Shown here: positions 20,280-29,897 of the stretch, piece by piece | Layout: the number at the start of each line of letters is the position of its first letter | Position numbering within the stretch: position 1 is the first letter of the stretch | Assembly (NCBI GenBank): GCA_016220085.1 | Contig: JACRIN010000066.1 | Location: 34,525-98,524 of the forward strand | DNA: 64,000 bases | Direction of reading: 5' to 3' | DNA from: Planctomycetota bacterium | Lineage (GTDB): Bacteria; Planctomycetota; UBA1135; GCA-002686595 | Translations under genes and position numbers: made by a program | The notes under the pieces: generated by a model | What the model was told of the DNA's origin: nothing | Databases searched by the model: none | The model's input: only the letters and a program-made list of their open reading frames with translations

Positions 20280-20828
20280 CTACTTGAGCCCGAGCACGTC
20301 GTACGTCCCCGAGGTGACCAGCGTGATCTTGACCGACTCGGTGCCACGGTTTTTCCAGTACCAGCCGTGAGTCCCCTCGAACGGCGCCGTCAGCTTGCCC
20401 TTGACGCCGGACGCGTTGCCCGAGGCGAAGCTCTCGAAGACATCCGCGGCAGCGCCCTTGGGCTCTCCGTGGAAGTCATAGAACACTTCGCCCGTGTCGA
20501 GCTCCCACTCGTACTCCAGCTTCGCTCCCGCGCGGATGTAGAACTTGTACTCCAGGCCCTTGCCCGGCGGGACGTCGACGACCGTCCGGTCATTCGTTGG
20601 AGCTCCCCCCGCGCCCGGTTCCATCGTCGGGGTCTGCGTCGAGCCGGCGGACAGAGGCGCCGAGAGCGCGGTCAGTCCGATCGCGTTCCCGAAGCCCGTG
20701 ATGTCGATGTTCCTCTCGGCGGGCAAGACCACCAGCACGGCGAGTGCGACTGCAATCGCACTTGCGATGGCCAGTGCCTTGACGAGGCTGGCGAGGGACG
20801 GTTGGGCGGACACGGGGAGGTTGGTCAT
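20280..20828 (-). CDS. Membrane-anchored periplasmic protein, unknown function (182 aa)
   Basis: N-terminal anchor LVKALAIASAIAVALAVLVVL followed by a beta-rich domain (GLEYKFYIRAGAKLEYEWELDTGEVFYDFHGEP...THGWYWKN). Only 1 nt separates it from the hupE-like stop. Confidence 0.55.
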   Translation of the reverse strand: MTNLPVSAQPSLASLVKALAIASAIAVALAVLVVLPAERNIDITGFGNAIGLTALSAPLSAGSTQTPTMEPGAGGAPTNDRTVVDVPPGKGLEYKFYIRAGAKLEYEWELDTGEVFYDFHGEPKGAAADVFESFASGNASGVKGKLTAPFEGTHGWYWKNRGTESVKITLVTSGTYDVLGLK

Positions 20829-20829
20829 G

Positions 20830-21528
20830 TCAAGCCATCGAGACGTAGTAGCCGGATAGTTGATAGCCGACGAGCAGCAGCCCGCCGCTCATCAGAAGTA
20901 CGTTGGCCGTCCAGGCGTGACGGAGGAAGCTCGGGTGGCGCCGCCAGTACACGATGGCGAGGAGCACAAAGGTCAGCGCGGCGAACTGCCCCAGTTCGAC
21001 GCCGACGTTGAACGCCACCAGATTCGCGACCAGCCCATGCTGCGGCAGCGCAAACCCCTGGAGCTTCGTCGCGAGCCCGAATCCGTGGAACAGGCCGAAG
21101 ACGAGAACCGCAGCTTTGGCGGCGGGTTGGAAGCCAAGCACCCGCTTCAGCCCGCCAAGGTTGTCGAATCCTTTGTAGACGATCGAAAAGCCGATGATGG
21201 CGTCGATCAAGTATGCATCGACGTCGATGCCCGCGAGGACTCCACTCATCAGCGTCACGCTGTGTCCGATAGTGAAGCAGCTGACGTAGATGAGGACTTC
21301 CTTGGTCGAATGGAGAAAGAAGATGACGCCGACGAGGAAGAGCAAGTGGTCGTAGCCTGTCACCATGTGCTTCGCGCCGAGATAGAGGAAAGGCACGATG
21401 GCGGGTCCGGTCAACTGATCGAGAAAGCGCCGCGTCAGGTCGTCCACGCCGTGCGCCTTCGCGACCGGCGCTGCGGCGACGAGGACGAGCAGGATCAGCA
21501 GATATCTCCAGGGGAGGCTGAAGCTCAT
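20830..21528 (-). CDS. HupE/UreJ-family Ni/Co transporter-like membrane protein
   Basis: ATG 21528 overlaps the OMF stop (ATGA). Signal peptide, then HGV..., GAKHMVTGYDHLLFL, and TIGHSVTL, all typical HupE/UreJ motifs. Confidence 0.7.
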   Translation of the reverse strand: MSFSLPWRYLLILLVLVAAAPVAKAHGVDDLTRRFLDQLTGPAIVPFLYLGAKHMVTGYDHLLFLVGVIFFLHSTKEVLIYVSCFTIGHSVTLMSGVLAGIDVDAYLIDAIIGFSIVYKGFDNLGGLKRVLGFQPAAKAAVLVFGLFHGFGLATKLQGFALPQHGLVANLVAFNVGVELGQFAALTFVLLAIVYWRRHPSFLRHAWTANVLLMSGGLLLVGYQLSGYYVSMA

Positions 21529-22910
21529 CGGTTTGCATCCGCATCCGGCCATGCGCGCAACGGAGCCCCGGCCGTTCGCTCTACCTCGATCCGCGAGAGT
21601 GCCGCCTCGAGCAGCGCATCAATCACCGTGCGTCGCGCCTCGAGAGCTGCTTTCTGCGCCTGAAGTAGCGTCAAGACCGTCGTGTCGCCGAGCTCATACG
21701 CCTTCTCGGCCAGGGTCGCGCCTCGCTCGGCCTGCGGGACGAACTCGTTCCGGGCGAAGGCCGCGGTTCGCGAAGCGACCTCGGCCTTGTCGAGCGCGGC
21801 TCGCAGCTCCTGCTTTGCCTCGGCGACAAGCGCCTCGTGCGCCTTCCTCCTCTGCGCGAGCTCGAACTCGGCACGGCTCACCTGCGCCTGGTTCTGGTCG
21901 AAGAGCGGGAGCTCGAGCACAGCGGCCGGCCCGATGAAGAAGTCATCCGAGCTCCCGCCCTCGGGGCGCTCGGCGGAGAGTCCGGCGCTGACCCCCGGGA
22001 ATCGTCGCTTGCGCTCCAGGACGACCCGATCCTCGGCCACGGCGACGGCTCGCGCCGCGGCACGCACATCCGGCCGGACATTCAGACTGGCTTCGACCAG
22101 CTCCTCGCGCGCGACCGTCTGCCACTCCGGCTCGGGGAGCGGATCCGCTAGCGCTACCGCGAACAGGTCTTCTTCGATCGAGAGGAGGGCGGCGAGCTTC
22201 CGCGTTGCTGCGACGCCCTCGCGTTCCGTGCGCTGGAACGAGAGCTCGGCCCCGAGGGCGAGGCTCTCGGCCAAGAGTTCGTCGGTCTTCGACGCGACTC
22301 CCTCCGCGACCTGTCGGCGAACGCCTCCGAGCGAACGACGGGTGAGTTCGAGATTCGCACGACCCACTTCCCTCGCCTCGCGCGCGGCGACGCCCTCGAA
22401 ATAGGCCGTTTTCGTCGCCGCGACCAGCTCGCCGGCGAAGCGCGAGAGCTCCAGGATGCGCTGCTCGATCCCAGCTTGCGCGAGTGCCTGGCGTGAAGGA
22501 ATCTGCCAGATCTCCGTCACGCTCCCCACGAGGTCGGCGGTCCAGCGCACTCGCCCCCCGGTCTCGGGGAAGAGGAACGCGAGGCTGAGGCTCGGGTTCT
22601 CGAATAGGCCAGCCTGGATGTAGTCGGCGCGTGCCACTCCGAGTGCCAGGAATCCGGCCTGGAGGCGGCGGTTGTTGAGCAGCGCGAGTCGCGTAGCTTC
22701 GTCGAGCCCCAACCCATCGGCGATCATCGTCTCGATCTCCGCGCCGGTGAGCGCGGGCTCGTCAGGGTCGTGGACCTCTTTCGCTCCGGTCGTCGCGCGG
22801 ATCTCTTGCTGGGCCTGCTCGTAGTCCGGCCTCGGATCGACGGCCGCGCAGCCGGCGACCGAGAGCGCGACGCCAGCACTGAAGACACGCAGACGGTTGG
22901 ACCTAAGCAT
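21525..22910 (-). CDS. Outer-membrane efflux factor (TolC/CzcC family lipoprotein, 461 aa)
   Basis: Lipobox LSVAGC, two OEP-type repeats and the C-terminal AYELGDTTVLTLLQAQKAALEAR. Its start overlaps the RND gene stop by 8 nt. Confidence 0.8.
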   Translation of the reverse strand: MLRSNRLRVFSAGVALSVAGCAAVDPRPDYEQAQQEIRATTGAKEVHDPDEPALTGAEIETMIADGLGLDEATRLALLNNRRLQAGFLALGVARADYIQAGLFENPSLSLAFLFPETGGRVRWTADLVGSVTEIWQIPSRQALAQAGIEQRILELSRFAGELVAATKTAYFEGVAAREAREVGRANLELTRRSLGGVRRQVAEGVASKTDELLAESLALGAELSFQRTEREGVAATRKLAALLSIEEDLFAVALADPLPEPEWQTVAREELVEASLNVRPDVRAAARAVAVAEDRVVLERKRRFPGVSAGLSAERPEGGSSDDFFIGPAAVLELPLFDQNQAQVSRAEFELAQRRKAHEALVAEAKQELRAALDKAEVASRTAAFARNEFVPQAERGATLAEKAYELGDTTVLTLLQAQKAALEARRTVIDALLEAALSRIEVERTAGAPLRAWPDADANR

Positions 22911-25900
22911 GTTGCGCCTCCATCCGGAGTTCGGTGACTTCGGCGCTCGCGACAGGTTCCCCGAATCGGAGGAAGAGCGCCGGTACGACGAGCATGTTGA
23001 GCAGGGTCGAGGAGAGCAGCCCGAACAGGATCACGATCGCCATCGGCGTCAGGATCTCGTTGCCCGGTGCATCGCCGCGAAGCGCCAGTGGAACCAGCGC
23101 CAACCCGGCGGCGAGCGCCGTCATGAGAATCGGGGACAGGCGCTCGATCGCGCCGCGTCGAACGGCTTCGTAGAATTCGCCGACACCCTCGACGCGTTGC
23201 AAGTGTCGGATGTGCGACACCATCATGATCCCGTTTCGTGCTGCGATCCCGAACACCGTGATGAAGCCGATGATCGAAGCGACCGAGAGCGTGCCGCCCG
23301 AAAGATAGACGCCGAAGATCCCGCCGATCAGAGCCAGCGGTAGGTTCAGCATGATGAGCATGACATCGCGGGCCGAGCGGAACATGAAGTAGAGCAGGCA
23401 AGCGATGCCGAGGACGATGACGCCCCCAAGCATGGCGAGCAGTCGTCCCGTCGAAGCCGCGCTCTCGAACTGGCCTCCATACTCGACGTAGTAACCCGGA
23501 GGGAGGCTGACTTCCGCCTGGACTCGCGCGCGTATGTCCTCGACGACTCCACGCAAGTCTCGACCGGAGACGTTGCACATCACGACGATCTTGCGCTGTA
23601 CGTTCTCGCGACTGATGAAGTTCGGGGAACGGTCTTCTCGGATCAACGCGAGCGCAGAGAGCGGGATCTTCGCACCGCTGGGCGTCCCCACGAGGATCGT
23701 CGAGAGCAGCTCGGGCGTCAGCGCACCGGGCTCGCCGACGCGGACCACCATGTCGAACGCGTTCATGCCCTCCAGGACCTGCCCGGCGATTCGGCCGCGC
23801 GTGGCTAGCTCGAGGGCGTCGGCGACTTCGCCCACCAACAAGTCATGCCTCGCGATCGCGTCGCGATCGAACTCGACGCGGGCGGTGGGCACCTGGGCTT
23901 GCTGCTCGATGGAGAGGTCCACGACGCCGGGGATGTCCTTCATCATCGCTTCGACCTGAGCCGCCGTGACTTTCAGGCGACCGAGGTCGTCGCCGAAGAC
24001 CTTGACCGCGACATTCGCGCGGGTTCCCGAGAGCATGTGGTCGATCCTGTGGCCGATCGGCTGTCCGAACGTGGCCTGGACGCCGGGGATTCCAGCGAGC
24101 TCTGCGCGCAGTGCGTCGAGTAGGTCGTCCTTGGAACGTCGCTCCTTGCCCAGCCGAAGGGGTGCGTCCATGTCGAGCGTGAGGTCGATTTCGCTGGCCT
24201 CGACTCCCTGGACGTGTTCGTCCTCTTCCGCACGGCCGGTGCGCCGCCCGATCGCGACGATCTCAGGGTGCTTCATCAACGACTCCTCGACGAGGTGCGC
24301 AAGGTCATCGCTCTCCGCCAGCGACGTGCCTGGCACGGTCACGACGCCGACGACCAAGGCTCCCTCGTTGAACTCCGGCAGGAAGCTGCGTCCCATCGAA
24401 AACCCAGCGGCACCGGCGACGGCGAGCATTGCCACGCTGGGAACCGCGACCATCCACGGATGACGTAGAGCCCACGCCAGGGGCTTGTCGTACGCCGCGT
24501 GCAAGAGCCGGACGAGAAGCGGTTCACGTGCCTTTCGCACCGTGGTGCTCGACGGGAGGAGCAGCAAGCAGAGTGCGGGCGTGAGCGTGAGCGCAGTGAG
24601 CAGCGACGCCGCGAGGGAGACGGTGAACGCGAGCCCCAGTGGTTGCAGGAGTCTTCCCTCGACACCGGACAGGAAGAACAACGGCATGAATACGAGCAGG
24701 ATGATGAACGTCGCGAGCACGATCGATCCGCGCACTTCGACGCTCGCTGCGTAGACGACCGTGAGCGGTGAGCGTCGATCCGGCGCAGGAAGCACTGCGT
24801 TCTCTCGGAGGCGTCGCACGACGTTCTCCACGTCGATGATCGCATCGTCCACGAGCGCGCCGATCGCGATCGCCATGCCGCCGAGCGTCATCGTGTTGAT
24901 GCTCGCCCCAAGCAGTTCCAACGCGAGCACCGACGTGAGGAGGGAAAGCGGAAGCGCCAGCAGAGTGATCACGCTGGCGCGCGCGCTGGCAAGGAAGGCG
25001 AGGACGACGAGGACGACCATGAGCGCGCCCTCGATCAGCGCAGTCGTCGTGTTGGCGATCGAATGCGTGATGAACGAAGCCTGCCGGAACAGGTTCTTGT
25101 TGATGAGCATGCCCTCAGGCAGGCTCGCCTGAATCTCCGTCAGCGTGACATCCAAGCGCTCGGTCAACTCCAACGTGTTGGCACCGGGCTGCTTCTGGAT
25201 CGCCAGGATCACGCCGGGCTCGATGATCGGCTCCCAGTTTGGCCCGCGCCGGGATGCCGACCCGGTTCCGCGCTTGATCGCCGCTCCGATGGTGACCACT
25301 CCGAGGTCGGACACGGTGATCGGAACTCCGTCGCGGGTCGCGACCTTCGTGCGCGCGATGTCGTCGAGCGACTGGACGCGTCCGAGCCCTTCGACGAGCA
25401 CCTCTTGTGCGCCGGTCGTGAGCACTCCGGCCGACACGTTTTCATTGGTCCGTTCGAGGGCCCGCAACACGTCCGAAGCCGCCAAGCCGTAGCCTCGGAG
25501 CAACTCGGGCGAGAGCACGACCTGGTACTGCTTCGTGTCCCCACCGATCGGGGTCACTTGCGAGACCCCGGCAACGGATAGAAGTCTCCGGCGGATCTGC
25601 GTGGTCGCCGTCGTTCGCAGATCGAGTTGGCTGTGGTGGTCGGAAGTGAGCGACACGAACAGGATCTCGCCCATGATCGAAGACACCGGCGCGAGCTTGG
25701 GCGGCTCGACCTGCGAAGGCAGCGACCCGGTGATCGCGCCGAGGCGCTCTGTCACCGTCTGGCGCGCACGGTAGATGTCCGTTCCCCACTCGAATTCGAC
25801 CCAGACGACTGCGATGCCGACAGCGGTCCCCGACCGCACCCGGCGCACGCCCGCCGCGCCGTTCATCGCGGTCTCGATCGGAAACGTCACCTGCGTTTCC

Positions 25901-26082
25901 ATCTCTTGCGGCGCAAGCCCGTGCCCCTCGACGAGCACCGTGACAGTTGGCGCCGTGAGGTCAGGGAACACGTCGACGGGCATTCGGACGGTGACGAACG
26001 CGCCAACGGCCATCACGAGGATCGAGAGAATGACGATCGTCAGCCGATTGGCGAGCGACCATCGAATCAGGAGGTTGATCAT
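22903..26082 (-). CDS. Heavy-metal-efflux RND transporter (CusA/CzcA superfamily, 1059 aa)
   Basis: MINLLIRWSLANRLTIVILSILV..., 12-TM RND layout. The TM4 motif is GGMAIAIGALVDDAIIDVEN. Confidence 0.9.
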   Translation of the reverse strand: MINLLIRWSLANRLTIVILSILVMAVGAFVTVRMPVDVFPDLTAPTVTVLVEGHGLAPQEMETQVTFPIETAMNGAAGVRRVRSGTAVGIAVVWVEFEWGTDIYRARQTVTERLGAITGSLPSQVEPPKLAPVSSIMGEILFVSLTSDHHSQLDLRTTATTQIRRRLLSVAGVSQVTPIGGDTKQYQVVLSPELLRGYGLAASDVLRALERTNENVSAGVLTTGAQEVLVEGLGRVQSLDDIARTKVATRDGVPITVSDLGVVTIGAAIKRGTGSASRRGPNWEPIIEPGVILAIQKQPGANTLELTERLDVTLTEIQASLPEGMLINKNLFRQASFITHSIANTTTALIEGALMVVLVVLAFLASARASVITLLALPLSLLTSVLALELLGASINTMTLGGMAIAIGALVDDAIIDVENVVRRLRENAVLPAPDRRSPLTVVYAASVEVRGSIVLATFIILLVFMPLFFLSGVEGRLLQPLGLAFTVSLAASLLTALTLTPALCLLLLPSSTTVRKAREPLLVRLLHAAYDKPLAWALRHPWMVAVPSVAMLAVAGAAGFSMGRSFLPEFNEGALVVGVVTVPGTSLAESDDLAHLVEESLMKHPEIVAIGRRTGRAEEDEHVQGVEASEIDLTLDMDAPLRLGKERRSKDDLLDALRAELAGIPGVQATFGQPIGHRIDHMLSGTRANVAVKVFGDDLGRLKVTAAQVEAMMKDIPGVVDLSIEQQAQVPTARVEFDRDAIARHDLLVGEVADALELATRGRIAGQVLEGMNAFDMVVRVGEPGALTPELLSTILVGTPSGAKIPLSALALIREDRSPNFISRENVQRKIVVMCNVSGRDLRGVVEDIRARVQAEVSLPPGYYVEYGGQFESAASTGRLLAMLGGVIVLGIACLLYFMFRSARDVMLIMLNLPLALIGGIFGVYLSGGTLSVASIIGFITVFGIAARNGIMMVSHIRHLQRVEGVGEFYEAVRRGAIERLSPILMTALAAGLALVPLALRGDAPGNEILTPMAIVILFGLLSSTLLNMLVVPALFLRFGEPVASAEVTELRMEAQHA

Positions 26083-26097
26083 GTGTCGGCTCCCGAA

Positions 26098-27729
26098 TCA
26101 GTGCGCGTGACCCGCGCCGAAGGACGCGGGCGAGAGCGCGGCGAGCTTGATCAAGTACGAGCCTCGCGTGGCGACGCGTTCACCCGCGGAGATCCCTCGC
26201 CGGACTTCGACCTGCGCGCCGTCGCGCAGGCCGAGTTCCAAGTCCCGCCTCTCGAACGTCTCACCAGACAGCATGACGTAGGCGGTCGGAAGCCCCTGCT
26301 CCATGATCACGGCATCCGCAGGTATCACGACTACCGCTGCCACCTCTTCGGTCGCCAGCGCGAGCTGGGCTAGCATCCCGCTCTTGAGTTCGCCCCCTGG
26401 GTTCGGGACCTCGTAGCGAATCGAGAACGTGCGTGATGCCGCTTCGATCGTTGGGGCGATGTACGCACTCGACACCGCCGCCTCGGACAGCTCGATGCGG
26501 AGTCCGGGCATCGCGGGGAACGACACCTCTGCGGTTGGCGTCTTTCGCACCTGCGGCAGGTCGAATTCGGAAGCGCGCCCCTCGATCCAGAGTCGCGACG
26601 AATCGAGGATGCGAAACAGGGTGGCGTCCTGAGTGACGGACTCGCCTTCGACGTGTCCCGTGGCGACGATCGTTCCCGCGATGGGCGCGCGCAATGGCAG
26701 ACGCACCGTGGCAGGGGCCGCGCCTTGGTCGCGGGCGGCGCGGTCCGCAATCAGGCGATCCAAGGACTCCTTCATGGCGCGCGCGGCCTCGCCGTCGCTG
26801 AGCGCGACGGTGAGATTCTGCTCGGCTTGCTCGAGCTGAGGCTTGGTGCTCAGTCCCTCCTCGCGCAGGTGGGCAAGTCGCCCGCGCTCTCGCTCCGCGA
26901 AGCGAACTCGCACTTCGGCCTCGCTCACTGCGCGCGCCGTGTCCAAGACCTTGAGGTCGAGGTCGAGGCTCAGGGCCTGGAGCTGGGCCAGATCCGACGC
27001 CGTCAGCGGCGGCTCGATCATGCCGAGCAGCTGGCCTTGCTCGACTCGTTCGCCCGTCCTCGGAAGCCGGCCCGAGATCGGCCCATGCAAGCGACCCGAG
27101 GTCGGCGGCGAGACGATCGCCGCGGCCCCCTCCGGCAGCATCGCGACGGCCGGGATCGTCAGGCGCTTCGACAGCACCTGCGCCGATGCCTGAGCAAGGA
27201 GGAGCTTCACTCTCCACTGCTGTTCCATCAAGAAAGGCACTTCGTTGGGGCGCGCCTCCTCCGCGGCGCCAATCGCTGCTCGCCGGGCCGTCTGTTCATC
27301 CGGGTAGACGTGGACCTCTCCCAGGTCGAGTGTCTCTTCGACCTGCTCGCTGACGACGCTCAGGCGCGCGCGATGGGTCCCAGGCTCCGTGAACACGCCC
27401 TCGGGCACGAAGAGCCCGTCCCGCTTCGGAACGTCTGCGACGAGCACCGTCGAACCGACCTCCAGGCGGACTTTTCCCGCGCGGACCGGTTCCCCTGTGG
27501 CGCACACCGTCAGGTGGGCGAGGAACCGGACTCGAGATCCCCGCACCAGCGGCGGGTTCTCCATGAAGAGCAGCGTTCGCTCGCCGAAGACGGTCTTCGT
27601 CTCGGGTTCGAGTTCGGCCGCCATGCTCGGCGACTGCTCGTGCGGGTGGGAATCGGACGGCTTGCAGCCGGAGACGATCGACAGACACGCGAGAAACGAA
27701 AGGACGGAATCGAGAGAACGATGCTTCAC
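26098..27729 (-). CDS. Membrane-fusion (periplasmic adaptor) lipoprotein with an extra ~150-aa N-terminal domain (543 aa)
   Basis: GTG 27729 is preceded by AAGGAG 5 nt upstream. Lipobox LSIVSGC. HlyD/CzcB-like core (LRAPIAGTIV..., coiled coil, beta-barrel). Ends ...GAGHAH. Confidence 0.8.
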   Translation of the reverse strand: MKHRSLDSVLSFLACLSIVSGCKPSDSHPHEQSPSMAAELEPETKTVFGERTLLFMENPPLVRGSRVRFLAHLTVCATGEPVRAGKVRLEVGSTVLVADVPKRDGLFVPEGVFTEPGTHRARLSVVSEQVEETLDLGEVHVYPDEQTARRAAIGAAEEARPNEVPFLMEQQWRVKLLLAQASAQVLSKRLTIPAVAMLPEGAAAIVSPPTSGRLHGPISGRLPRTGERVEQGQLLGMIEPPLTASDLAQLQALSLDLDLKVLDTARAVSEAEVRVRFAERERGRLAHLREEGLSTKPQLEQAEQNLTVALSDGEAARAMKESLDRLIADRAARDQGAAPATVRLPLRAPIAGTIVATGHVEGESVTQDATLFRILDSSRLWIEGRASEFDLPQVRKTPTAEVSFPAMPGLRIELSEAAVSSAYIAPTIEAASRTFSIRYEVPNPGGELKSGMLAQLALATEEVAAVVVIPADAVIMEQGLPTAYVMLSGETFERRDLELGLRDGAQVEVRRGISAGERVATRGSYLIKLAALSPASFGAGHAH

Positions 27730-27825
27730 GAGGGCTCCTTGAACGCTGAAATCGACGCGAAAGCGCGATCGCAGACGACGACCGCGCACCTCCCAACTCC
27801 CCGCGTGGAAGCGGGGCGAGGCGCG

Positions 27826-28329
27826 CTAGATCAGGAGCGCTCGACTGGAGCCAAGCAGGATCGCGGTTCCCGATCGCTGGCGTCGAACCTGGGGCCGTTC
27901 CGATCGAACGACCGGCGGCAGCGGCGGTGGGCGAAGCAGTACGCCGCTACTCATCACGGCGACGTGAAGCGCCAGCAGCCGGGCGGTCGTTGCCGCGCCC
28001 GTGAGGTTCGCGCGCGGTCCCGTCACGAGCACGGGAGGCAACTCGATGAGAACGCCCCCGTGCTCTTCCGCGGGGACCTCCGTCATCGGATGTCGATGCT
28101 CGTCCCCCTCGTGTTGCGAGTGGTGCCACGTCGCCGTCACCCGCGACGAGGACTCGGCGGGACGCGAGTCGATCACATGAAGGTGCCGTCCGACTTCATC
28201 GTGCGCATGAAGCAACGCTGCGCGCCCGCCGAGCACCTGCGAGAAGAGCAACACCACGATCAAGCCCCACAGCAACCGCGCGCGCGAGCGTGTCGGTGAC
28301 CTGCTGGCTCGGAGACGATCGTTGCCCAT
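27826..28329 (-). CDS. Small His-rich membrane-anchored/exported protein, unknown function (167 aa)
   Basis: ATG 28329 (MGNDRLRASRSPTRSRARLLWGLIVVLLFSQVLGG), then 10 His in ~50 aa (LLHAHDEVGRHLHVID...WHHSQHEGDEHRHPM...EEH). It is the first gene of the island operon. Confidence 0.5.
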   Translation of the reverse strand: MGNDRLRASRSPTRSRARLLWGLIVVLLFSQVLGGRAALLHAHDEVGRHLHVIDSRPAESSSRVTATWHHSQHEGDEHRHPMTEVPAEEHGGVLIELPPVLVTGPRANLTGAATTARLLALHVAVMSSGVLLRPPPLPPVVRSERPQVRRQRSGTAILLGSSRALLI

Positions 28330-28504
28330 GTGGAATAAGGCGTAGCACGGCGGAGGGGCCTTCCGCAAGACCGGTGCAGCCGGGCGTGAGGGAAACACTC
28401 TTGTCCGGGCACAAGGGTGGGCGCTCGTCCGGCGTGCTCGGGGGGGGGCAAGGCGGTGCGCGAGCGCCCGAGCAGGGCGCCGCGTCTACCCCACATGCAC
28501 GCGC

Positions 28505-28665
28505 GCAAGCCCGGCGGGATGGCGGTGCGTTTGTCGATCGGTCTCGGGGGCCCGACCGACATTATCGAGGACCTGAAGAGCGCGATGCACGCGGTCACCA
28601 AGACCTCCTCGAAGAACGGCGCCACGAAGACCGTCGAGCCGCCGAAGGCGGCGAAGGCCTGAGCG
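28505..28665 (+). pseudogene. Right direct repeat (DR-R): orphan copy of the 3' end of the PLP-enzyme gene
   Basis: Encodes ...KPGGMAVRLSIGLGGPTDIIEDLKSAMHAVTKTSSKNGATKTVEPPKAAKA*, compared with ...KPGGMAVRLSIGLESPTDIIEDLKSAMNTVTKTSTKNGARKNGATKTVKPPKPAKA* at 18501..18673. There is no upstream enzyme body. Confidence 0.85.
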
Positions 28666-29643
28666 TCAGCGCTCGTCCGAGGGGATGACGGGCACGGGGC
28701 CGTCGGCGCACGGATCGCGAACGATCGCCAGGATGTGAGCGTCCGCGCCCGAGAGCGCGAAGGCGCGCGCGTAGAGTGGCCCTGGTTCGGGTGCAGCCAC
28801 CAAGACGTCGCGCGTGCCGTCGCCGTCCATGTCGTCGAGCGGTGTGAGCGCTCTCCCAACGCCACGAGGCAGACACAGGCCGCTCGTTCGACACAAGCAA
28901 TGCTCGGGCCCGAAACGCACCCGCAGCCGACGGGAAAAGCTCGGAAGCTCGAACACGTCGACCCCGCCGAAGGCGTCGCCTCCGTGCGTCGAGTACGCGC
29001 CCGGCACACCGACGTAGAGCCGATGCGCGAGTCCGTCGAAGGCCAGAGTCGCACCGAACTCGTACTCGCGCGGCCAACCGGTCGAGACGAACCCGAGCCG
29101 CGCGCCGCAGGCGGCGGAGAGCAGCACGACGTCTCCCGCACGCTCACCAAGCGACGCGGTCGCCGGAGCGCCGACCGCGAGGTCGCGCACTCGATCGCCA
29201 TCGAGGTCGTCGATCACGACGAGCGCGCGACCGAACTCGTCAGCGGGCGCCGCACCCTCGACGCGCCACAGGGCTCGACCGCTCGCGCCGTCGAGAACCT
29301 CGACGGCGCCTTGCCTGTAACCATCGAACGGCCGCCCCACCGCGATTTCGAGCACGCCGTCGCCGTTCAGGTCGACGACGGCGACCGTCGGCGGCGCGAC
29401 GGGTGAGCGTGAGCTCTCGAGCAGCGCTTGCGCACGGACTTCGAGGGTGTCGACGAGCGGCTTCGCGCCGGCGACTTGCTCGGCGACGACCGTCGGCGTG
29501 CCGCGGCGCTCGACGTCCGGCGACGTGCACGCGAGCGACGACAGCCCGACCAGCGCCACCCAATGCGCCCGATCCGACGCGCGCCGCGGGGCGGACGAAC
29601 GACGGACCGAGTGCGGACCCCAGGAGCGATCGTCGGTTTCCAT
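28666..29643 (-). CDS. FG-GAP (integrin-alpha-like) repeat lipoprotein (325 aa)
   Basis: Lipobox LSSLAC. Repeated Ca-loop motifs VDLNGDGVLEIAVG, IDDLDGDRVRDLAVGAP and LDDMDGDGTRDVLVAAP. Start chosen at ATG 29643. Confidence 0.7.
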   Translation of the reverse strand: METDDRSWGPHSVRRSSAPRRASDRAHWVALVGLSSLACTSPDVERRGTPTVVAEQVAGAKPLVDTLEVRAQALLESSRSPVAPPTVAVVDLNGDGVLEIAVGRPFDGYRQGAVEVLDGASGRALWRVEGAAPADEFGRALVVIDDLDGDRVRDLAVGAPATASLGERAGDVVLLSAACGARLGFVSTGWPREYEFGATLAFDGLAHRLYVGVPGAYSTHGGDAFGGVDVFELPSFSRRLRVRFGPEHCLCRTSGLCLPRGVGRALTPLDDMDGDGTRDVLVAAPEPGPLYARAFALSGADAHILAIVRDPCADGPVPVIPSDER

Positions 29644-29897
29644 GCGAAGCCCTGACCACGAACATGCTCCGCGCCACGCGCCGACGCGGAAATCGCGCCG
29701 GAGCGTCACCCCGAATGGGATCGTGCAGCGCATGGAGCAACGAAGCGGGTCGATGCTCCCGTCACCCCAACCGCCCGGAACGCGACGCTCCAGGCACGCG
29801 GTCGCGGCTCCGGCGTCGCCCCGGCCGCGAAGGTCGAGCAGATTCTCACTTCAGTGGATTGGATGCGTAGGCCGATCGCCGTAGGCTCCCCACACCG

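Larger units (their letters stand above)
18677..28504. mobile_element. Putative heavy-metal-resistance genomic island (no integrase or transposase seen) between the two direct repeats
   Basis: Flanking diverged direct repeats. The core 19.2-28.4 kb shows lower GC on spot counts (about 62% against about 75% in flanks). All genes are metal-related and on one strand. Confidence 0.45.

Noticed and set aside
18677-28504. Integrase, excisionase, transposase or conjugation genes inside the metal island
   Set aside because: Every sizeable ORF was read on both strands, and only transport-related genes were found. The island is therefore reported as immobilised or uncertain rather than as an ICE or prophage.
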